Source of the DNA: Caecitellus pseudoparvulus
Taxonomy: Eukaryota > Protista > Bigyra: Bicosoecida
Length of the DNA: 64,000 nt
Reading direction: 5' to 3'
Assembly (NCBI GenBank): GCA_965644315.1
Contig: CBFFRQ010000066.1
Coordinates: forward strand, 596,032-660,031
Each line of letters begins with the position of its first letter. The first letter of the stretch is position 1. The notes under the pieces were generated by a model. It saw only the letters and a program-made list of their open reading frames with translations. It was not told where the DNA came from and searched no databases. This document shows, in pieces, positions 56,381 through 64,000 of the stretch. The position numbers and the translations under genes are program-made.

Positions 56381-59300
56381 ATGCAGGTGACCACCGACCC
56401 AGGTGTGTGCCAGAGACGTGTGCCGTGCTGAGCGATTTCCGCGTCGGTGCATCTTGCCTCGCTGCTCCTCCCCAGACCCTCGAGATGCCGCCGTTGCTCA
56501 TGGCATTAAAGCAACACTATTGGCTCCCCTCCGCGTGGATGTCCTTTTCCCAAGCCAGGCCCACGTGAGCTCAGTGCCTCAGCTGTGGTCCGACTTGCCG
56601 CGGCTGCCGCCTGAGCCAGCGTGGCACTGCAGCGATGCTGGGGAAATGGGCCCCTCTGCAGGTGCAAGCACACAAGAAGCCACTTCCGAACATGCCGACT
56701 GGGGCGCTTTCTCTGGCGCCCGCGTGTCTGCTGAGGAGGGCGGGGTCCCCGTGGGGCAGTCGCGTCGGTGCCCTTGCATCGTGCTGGCGTTGGCACCTGG
56801 CCACTTCGAAGTCACCGGCCGCGTGCTGCGGTCAGACGGCCACGGGGAGTGGGTGGACTGGGCAAGTACTCCCGGGTGCAATGTCTCGTACGACATTGGC
56901 GAGGCCAGCTCCACTCGCAGCCTGTCGTGTCACATGGTGGACATGCTCACGTGCCCCACCACAGTCAGGGCCGTCGCCAAGCGCCACGCAAGCGTCAGCA
57001 GCCTCCCAGGGGTGCTCAGCAGCGCGTCTCTGGCTAGCTCTGGCTCTGGAAGCGACTTGGGGCCGCCGCCCTCGGACGCACTGTCCCCCGCATTCGCAAG
57101 CCGCTTCATCTTCTGGCTCGGCGTCCTGCGGCTCATGTGTGGGGAGCAGGAGGCGGTGCCCACCTCCTGGATATCGCGGCCAGCCTTGCGTAGCACGACT
57201 GCCCTGCAGCTGTACAGCGCAGCCGCGCTCAGTGCGGACCTTGAGCTGAGCGGCGCACCGCCCCTCGTCGCCATGGCTGCGGCATGGATGTGCGTTGGGT
57301 GTGGTGTGTTGGACCAGCACCGCAGCAGCCACCTGTTGCGACAACGCTTCTCTACAGAGCAAGTAGACCACACCACCAACACTCTGCAGTCACTCCCTGC
57401 CACGTCGATCGCGCTCCCTGACGACCTGGAGTCCTACCGTCCAGCTCACGTCGGCACACTTGCCCAGGGAGCGCAGGCCACTGTTCGACACATGGCTCAA
57501 GCAGCAGCAGGGCAGGCAGGCACCGATGCCTTGCCCAAGGTCGGCTCCGCCCTGCTGGCACTGGGTCTGGGGCGCCAGTTTCTCACTGTTGGCAAGGGAG
57601 GTGGGGGTGACCGGGATGCGCCCGCTGCCGTGCTGCGCCCGGGCACGCTGGCCTGTGGCGTGTGTGCGGAGTGCAAGCGGCGCTGCCCCGTCTCCCTGTG
57701 GCGAGGCAACCCCCACTTGGACCTTCTGCTGGTCTTGCTCCGCAGCCCAGCTTTGCCTGACGCAGCCCTGGCCTCGCGAAGCTTGGTGCAGGATTTGGCG
57801 TACAACTTGCAGTTGGCGCCAGAAGCCACACAGCGCAAGCACATGTCTGCGGCGCTGAAGGCGGTGTTCCAGGCGGGTGTGGCGCGCACGAGCCATGACC
57901 AGGGCGGCCTTGGGGCCGGGGTGGTGTCTCTCCCCTCCCTACCGCTGCACGTCGTGACACTGGTGGCGGCAGCCCTCACACACCGAGTGCGCGTCACGGC
58001 GCTCTCTGTCGCCCATGCCGCCGCACATGAGAGCCGCTTCCCCGCCCGGCTGCTGGAGGAAGGCATGCCTGATGGCGGTGCCGGCCAGGGTGGCCTGGAC
58101 GGCGGTGGACTGTCCATTCTCCTCCTGCAGTCCCCCGCACAAGCCCAGGCTGGCACTGCTGCCCACACACCCGATGCGCTCAGCCCTGACACCGGCCATG
58201 ATGCCGACGGCTTCTCCAGCGCCGCTGTAGGCGTCGCCTCGCAGCCTCCGCGCATCAGCGTGGGGCAGAGCCTCACGGCGGGGGCCCCCGGCACAGACGA
58301 CGCCGCCCCCGTCGTCGTCTTACGCGGACACCCCCAGCCGGCGCCCGGCATGCCTGGCCTCGTGGCGCAGCACGTCATGGTGCACCCCAACTCCGACTCC
58401 TTCCTGTCCCCCTCCTTCGGCCCTCTGCCCTTCCCCGACCTCGGCGAACCGCCGGTCGCCGGCCAAGCCCCCACCGCGCTGGGCACCATGGCAGCGCCCG
58501 AGCCAGCGCCCCTGCAAGCCGTGGTGCCACACTTGGACGAACTGCCCCAGCCGGAGTCCTTGCCGCCAGTGGACTCCCCCGTCCGTGTGCGCATGGCACC
58601 CCTCGCGCTGCCTGGCCCTGCGCGTATGGATGCGCCAGGACAGCTGACCCTGGCCCAGCCCACACAAGTACCCTCCCCGGAGTCCACTGGCAGCCCAGAT
58701 GGTGCCGACGGTGCCTTCACCCTGGACCTGCCGCCGCTGACCTCTGTCCCCGGCCACAAGCACTGGGCTGCCTGGAGCAGTCGCTGGGACCCCTCCCTCA
58801 CAGACATGGCCCAGGGCACAGTGGTGCTGCCCTTCGCCGGTGGCGCCGTGGGTTGTCTGGGCGACCTCCTGGAGCTGGCGGGAGAGCTCATCGCTGCCTC
58901 TGCAGCGTATGCCGTGCAGGTGACGGGGAACCGCCCCAGCGGCCGCAGCAGCCTCCGCCGCCTCCCCCCCCGCTCACTCAGCGCAGGGCACATGGACTTG
59001 CTCGTGCCGCCTTCCACCCAGCTAGACCGTTCCTCAGGGCAGGTGTCTGGCGCTGCGCGGGAGATGCGCCACCTCGTGCGTTGCCTCATGCACATCACGA
59101 CTCGTCTGAGCTCCGCCGTGTGTGGGGAGTACGGCGCTGTGCGGCAGGCGGCACGTGGAGTGTTGGAGCGGGGCGGCGCCCACTCTCGCTTCGCAGCGTG
59201 GCGCATGCTGCGGTGCTGGCCCCGTGCCGACGCCGAGCAGGGCATCTCGCACCTGGACCTCCTCACCAGCACGGTGCGAGGCTGGTGGGGGCACACTGAG

Positions 59301-60047
59301 GCGAGCCTGGGCCTGGACTTGCTCGGCCACGCGTCTTCCGATTCCGCCAACGCCAGCGAAGCACGCGCGCTGGGCTACCGGGAGTCAGAGGTGCCCGATC
59401 TGCCCACACTGCGTGCAGCGTTCCTGCGGCGCCTGGTGCTGTGCTTGGGCTCCCCCCACGCCCGGCTGGCCATTGCTGCTGCCAAGGCGCTGACCCCCTC
59501 ACGAGGGGGGCACTCTCGCCCCCTCGCCACCATCATTTCGCGCGATGCAGACATGTGCAAGCAGTGCCTGGAGGCAGTGCAGGGCAAGGCAGTGGCGGAG
59601 CACTGGAGCGGCCAGGTGCGGAAGAACGGCAAGGTGCTGCAAGGCACGCTGCAGCATGCGCTGAACCGCATGGAGGCCACAGAGGCACAGCGCCGGCGCA
59701 ACGCGGAGGCCCTCGCGGCGCGGTCCACAACTGCCACCACCTTCCCCCGCAAAGTCAGCGTGGAGGGGCTGCCCCCGAGCCCCCGCCCGGCCCCTGCCGT
59801 CAGCACACCACCTGCTGCCACCTACAGCGCCCAGCGTGCCGGAAGCACAGATGGGTCCATTTCTGTGGGTCTGCACCTGGCCTCGCCGCCCAGCCAGGAG
59901 AGGCCACTGCACGCGCCGCGTCGTCGGCAGCCCAGCAGCCCCCCTTCCCCACCCCTCGGTCAGCGGGAAGTCATCCCCAGCATCTTGCTTGCTCCACTCA
60001 CAGTGCATGGGGGTAACCAGGCAAAGGGCGGTGGCGCTGCGCAGTGA
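56381..60047 (+). CDS. Large protein containing a highly divergent, insertion-riddled PP2A B56 (B') regulatory-subunit-like region; 5' end uncertain
   Basis: Open 1214-codon frame. MLRCWPRADAEQGISHLDLL, FLRRLVLCLGSPHARLAIAA and EHWSGQVRK echo B56 [32 protein letters not shown] and HWN. A possible start is 56381, with intron 56403-56475. Confidence 0.55.
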
Positions 60048-60168
60048 GTGTGCCGCGAGCATGGACAGCGCAAGCTTGGGAAAGGCGCTGTCCCGCACAA
60101 TTCAAACTTCGTGTTCGTGCGTACTGAGCCAGGCATGGGGTTGAAATGAGTGGAATGCTGTGCCAGTC

Positions 60169-62238
60169 ATGCAGGCGCCTACACTGATTGTGCCGCCAGG
60201 GCTGCAGCAGTATGTCCAGGCGGGTGCGGAAACTGAGCCTGCCGTTGCAAGCTCCGAGCCATTGGCAGCGCTCCCCGAGCAACCCCTGCGAGGGGGCGCC
60301 CAATCACAACGAGGAGCTGATGCACAGGCATGTGTCCACATCAAGCACTGCCTGTCCTCTGCCACTGCAGCAGTGCAGGCAGTGCTGGAGGCTGTGCAGC
60401 ACCTGGCCCGTGAGAGCAAGCCTGCCGAGGCACAAGCCAAGCCTGTGGCACCGCAGTTGCTTGATGCCCGTCGCATCGTGTCCAAGGCTTTGACCTCCCT
60501 TGTGTGCCTCACCTTGCGCGAGCACGCTGTGTTTCAGCAACGGCTCGCTGCTGATGCCGCCCTCTGCCGCCGCCTGCGCCGCCAAGCCATCGACTCCCAC
60601 AATCTGCGCCGCCTGGCAGCACACCTACGGGCTGAGACACGGGGGCAGGTCGTCCTACAGCGCCTGGACCCATCCACCTCGGACTATGCCCGGTGCTCTG
60701 CAGCTGTCGTGGACAATGTCCGCCCCGGCACGCTGGACAGCGTACCCTTCGCCTCCGCAACTCGGGTGCTGGACGTGTATCGCCTCACGAATGCCTTCAC
60801 AGGCTCCAGATTTAACAGACGGGGGGCTGGGGCTGGGAAGGTGTTGGGTCTCTTCGTGTCTGTGTCGTCCACGGCGTTGCCGCGCCTCATCGCCTACGGA
60901 GCGCACCCGCCGCCCCCGCCGTCCGCTGGCTTGTGGGACGCCAAGGCTGCCTTTGTGAAGGCTGTGCGCGAGCGAGAGGTGGCAGCGGGGCGCAGGGTGG
61001 CGAGTCCCGCTGGTAGCACGCTGGGCAGCTTTGCCCACGACACTGTGCAAGCCGCCTCCACCCTCCCTGTCCCGCTGGCCCTGTCACGGCGGTCCGTGGC
61101 GCCGGCCGATGTGGCTTGGCTGCAGTCTGGCGGGGCCGTGTGCGAGGCCTCCGTAGGACTGGGCGTGGACAACGAAGCCACGTTGTCCCACGTCCTGGAT
61201 GCCCCGCCCTTGCGAGCCGTGCTGGGGGCAGGGAGTGAGGCTCCTGGACATGCCTCCTTGCTGCAGGCGCAGGCGGACGCGGTGCAGGCAGCAGCAGGCA
61301 CCAGCAGCGCTCTTCGCTACATCTGCCTGTGCCGTGTGGACACTGAGGGGGCGGTGCCTGCCGCGCAGTACGGTGCTCAGTGTCCTACCGGCTCACAGCC
61401 GACGCGGGCTGACGGCGTGCCTGCGTGGCTAGTGGCAGCCCACACGGAGGCTCACCGGGGCGAGGCAATCGTGCCCCCCCTGCACCACCCCCCCACGGAG
61501 CAGTGGTTGGTGTTCGACCCCTCCGCGGTGCAGGTGGACTTCGTCATGCAGGTCATGTTCACTGACTCGGCCCCTGCAGCCGCCCAGCCACACGCCAGTG
61601 TGGAGCTGGACAGTGCTTCAGGCAAGAATGCCCCCGGCACTCACGCCTTGCACACGTGCTGTGCTCCGCAGACACCTGCTGAAGAGGCGCTGAAGTGGTC
61701 TGCCCTGCGTGCCATTGCACGCCAGCGGCGGGAGCACGTTGTACAAGGCGCGCTGGACGAGCTGCTGGCGGGCCCAGTGGCCGCCTTGGCGCCGACCGTG
61801 GCCAGCGGATTGCGCCACGCCACCCCCGGGTGGGCTGCAGCTGCTGCACAGGTTGCTGTGCACATTGGAAGCCAGGCAGGCGCGATCGTCAGGGACCGGG
61901 TGGCTTCCGGGCAGGACCCAACAGCGGCCCTCATCGCGCCCATCCCCGGCATTCCAGCCCCAGAGCTGGGCAGGTTTGTCACCTCGGCCACCCGCACTGC
62001 ACGGGGGCCCCGTGTCGCAGAGCCAGAGCACGGCCCTGCCGCACAGGGGCCTGCCCACACGCACTCCACCCCAAGACCGAGGTCTCACGGCACATCTCCG
62101 GCAGGGGGCCAGGGGCTGCCATCCGCAACTATGCGGCCTGAGGGGGGCAACGCTGCGAGAGCCAGCCGAGCTGCCCGGGTCAGTGGGCGCAGCAGGCAAC
62201 GCTTGACAAGGGTGCGATCAGCAGGAACCCATGGCTAG
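60169..62238 (+). CDS. Coiled-coil + catalytically degenerate PARP-like (ADP-ribosyltransferase-fold) protein
   Basis: LQRLDPSTSDYARC..VLDVYRLTN..RF..GLFVSV..LIAYG..RYICLCRV..EQWLVFDPSAVQVDFVMQV follows the order of the PARP catalytic domain, but LFVSV replaces LFHGT. Confidence 0.55.
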   Translation: MQAPTLIVPPGLQQYVQAGAETEPAVASSEPLAALPEQPLRGGAQSQRGADAQACVHIKHCLSSATAAVQAVLEAVQHLARESKPAEAQAKPVAPQLLDARRIVSKALTSLVCLTLREHAVFQQRLAADAALCRRLRRQAIDSHNLRRLAAHLRAETRGQVVLQRLDPSTSDYARCSAAVVDNVRPGTLDSVPFASATRVLDVYRLTNAFTGSRFNRRGAGAGKVLGLFVSVSSTALPRLIAYGAHPPPPPSAGLWDAKAAFVKAVREREVAAGRRVASPAGSTLGSFAHDTVQAASTLPVPLALSRRSVAPADVAWLQSGGAVCEASVGLGVDNEATLSHVLDAPPLRAVLGAGSEAPGHASLLQAQADAVQAAAGTSSALRYICLCRVDTEGAVPAAQYGAQCPTGSQPTRADGVPAWLVAAHTEAHRGEAIVPPLHHPPTEQWLVFDPSAVQVDFVMQVMFTDSAPAAAQPHASVELDSASGKNAPGTHALHTCCAPQTPAEEALKWSALRAIARQRREHVVQGALDELLAGPVAALAPTVASGLRHATPGWAAAAAQVAVHIGSQAGAIVRDRVASGQDPTAALIAPIPGIPAPELGRFVTSATRTARGPRVAEPEHGPAAQGPAHTHSTPRPRSHGTSPAGGQGLPSATMRPEGGNAARASRAARVSGRSRQRLTRVRSAGTHG

Positions 62239-62539
62239 GCGCTCGTGCATTTATCCTGTGCAGTGCCACCCTTCACCTTCGCTCTGGATGCACTGCCACT
62301 GCACTCCTGAATCGGTGACTGGCAGGTTGCGACGTGCTGGAGGCTGCATCTCCCAGCTTCATACCTCCTGCCAGCGAGGAATGCATGCAAGTGTCTCAAC
62401 AAAACCCCACCAACTGGCACTTGACGATGACCATATCTTGTTGTGGCAGTGCCTGTCACGCATCGCTCTGCGCGTCAGCCCGCACTCGGTGCAGGCTGGA
62501 AACGGCGCGCAAGGCACCAATTTCCGCTGGTTCACCGCC

Positions 62540-64000
62540 ATGGCCACGCTTGGCTTGCAGCAGGGCCGCAGGCCGGCTGGGATGCGGCACCAATGTTCTG
62601 ACTTGGCTCTGCAGAAGATCTTTTACTTCTACAGTGATGGCAGCGACGAGCTGAGTGAGTGCAGCTGCGTGCAGCGCGCAAGGTTGCCGCGCCAGGCAGG
62701 CCGCCTGTGAAACCAGCACGCCTGCTCGGTGCCTGAGATGCGCCAGGCCCAGAGGTGGCACCCCTCCTCACATCCAATGCCTCTCGTTACAGGCGTTGAG
62801 AGCTGCATCAGCCTCTTTGAGAGCTGCCCGAACCTGATGGGCAGCTCAGGCATGTTGTCGGTTGGGCAAGTGCGCTCCCTCTTCCAGCAAGTGCAGCCGT
62901 CCATGGCGCACATCAGCTTCGCCCGCTGGAAGCAGCTGCTGGAGCTCGTGGCCCGCACAGTGTATGCTGCAGATGGTGAGGGTGCCTGAGCGCGGCTGCG
63001 TGCTTGTGCTTGTCGCACAGCGACCTTCGTTTCCTCGCCGCAGAGCCTCGCCTCGCACGCAGCCGCTTCATGAGTGCGCACATTTTCAAGATGCAGGGCC
63101 TGAACTTTGGAGGAGCACATGCTTCGCAGGCTCGGCCGTTTACGCTCAGCACAAGTTCCAACCGCCTCAAGTCGCCGGCGAAAGCTGGTCTGAGGCACAC
63201 CTTCGAGCACAGGCTGCTTGCCAGCGGCCACGCCAGCCAGTCCCCTGTGGAACATGTCAAGCCCCCCAGCAGGAAGCAGCTGGACTTCTCCGCCATTGAC
63301 GGGGCCGGGTACTCACCTGAGCAGGTGCGCCACAGCATCACCGGCATCACCGCCGCTGGCCCGGCGCCCACACCTCTGCACGCAACAGGCCCGAGCGAAG
63401 TCGAGCAGGAACTGGCAGGAACACGCCAGGAGTTGCAAAAGGTCATGGACGAGATTATCCCGCTGCGCACGCGCGAGAAGCAGCTGCAGGCTGATCTCAA
63501 CACTTCGCAGCAGCGCCTGGCACTGCAGCTGTGGCGCTCCAACACTGCCGAGCAGAAACACCTGGAAGACATGGAGCGCCTGCGCACTGTGGAGCAGCAG
63601 CACGCTGAGGAGCTCGCCACACTGCAGAACCTCAACAGTGACATGGAAAGCACTCTGGCGAGCCGAGCGCAGGACATCCAGCAGCAGCAGAGCGAGATCG
63701 CTCGCTTGCAGGCGCTGCTTCGCGAAAGTGAAGCTGAGCGGGCCGAGTTGACCCAGTCTTGCCAAGCCACAAAGGCTGAAAATGGAACCTTGCGAGAAGA
63801 CTTGGCCAGTGCAAAGGAAGCACAGAGGGACGCCGAGCAGAAGAACCAGGCCCTCGCAGTGCAAGTGCGGGAACTCTCAGCCCTCGTCGGCCAGGCCAAC
63901 GCCGAGAGAGACGCTGCTCGACAACTCGCTACAAAGAGGCAAGAAGAGCTCGACCTTGCACTCAGTGACATTGAACAGATGCGAGCTGCAATGGCTGAGA
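62540..64000 (+). CDS. p25-alpha/TPPP-like N-terminal domain + long coiled coil (partial; runs off the window)
   Basis: Introns ~62655-62792 and ~62976-63043. Spliced: LQKIFYFYS..LSVESCISLFESCPNL..VRSLFQQV..ISFARWKQLLELVARTVY. A stop-free heptad-rich frame follows to the window end. Confidence 0.65.

Noticed and set aside
29716-62238. NAD+/ADP-ribose theme (SLC25A51-like carrier, Nudix, pseudo-PARP) as a gene cluster
   Set aside because: The genes are far apart and separated by unrelated genes; there is no evidence of co-regulation.
1-64000. tRNA, rRNA and spliceosomal snRNA genes
   Set aside because: By eye I found no cloverleaf with a T-loop, no rRNA-like tract and no U1/U2/U5/U6 signature; a covariance search would be needed to exclude them.

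Overview
GC-rich, very compact nuclear DNA from a flagellated unicellular eukaryote (CFAP44 and DRC2 are present). The style resembles heterotrophic stramenopiles, but that is unverified inference. Genes carry short canonical GT-AG introns (about 60-160 nt, donors mostly GTGCGT/GTGAGT), so many ORF-track starts are wrong; I rebuilt the exon structures by hand. The window holds about 26 protein genes. Housekeeping genes: GT28 glycosyltransferase, CHK2-like kinase, LysRS, DHX57-like helicase, Obg GTPase, NAA10, TMEM135, SF3B3, SLC25A51-like carrier, AP-1 sigma, Nudix, DRC2, RAP protein, CFAP44, COX17 and NTE/PNPLA6. It also holds an RNase MRP RNA gene (43223-43503) and a truncated UTP20 pseudogene. 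The best candidate for an undescribed system is a pair of genes (17991-20576 and 31362-33206) sharing a 38-aa/114-nt ankyrin repeat with a conserved framework and hypervariable binding-surface residues. One is fused to a helical domain plus a dead kinase fold, an MLKL/receptor-like layout. In the other, exactly three repeat units have diverged in register into a two-transmembrane hairpin. Two recurrent cis-motifs also stand out: AATGCA(TT) just after stop codons, and GCGGAA(A/G)T in 5' introns and UTRs. There are several unusual domain fusions or pseudo-enzymes (BAH-ELM2-SANT-PAH, CS-SKICH-HECT_2, pseudo-PARP, giant B56-like). All calls are from reading the sequence; no database searches were run.
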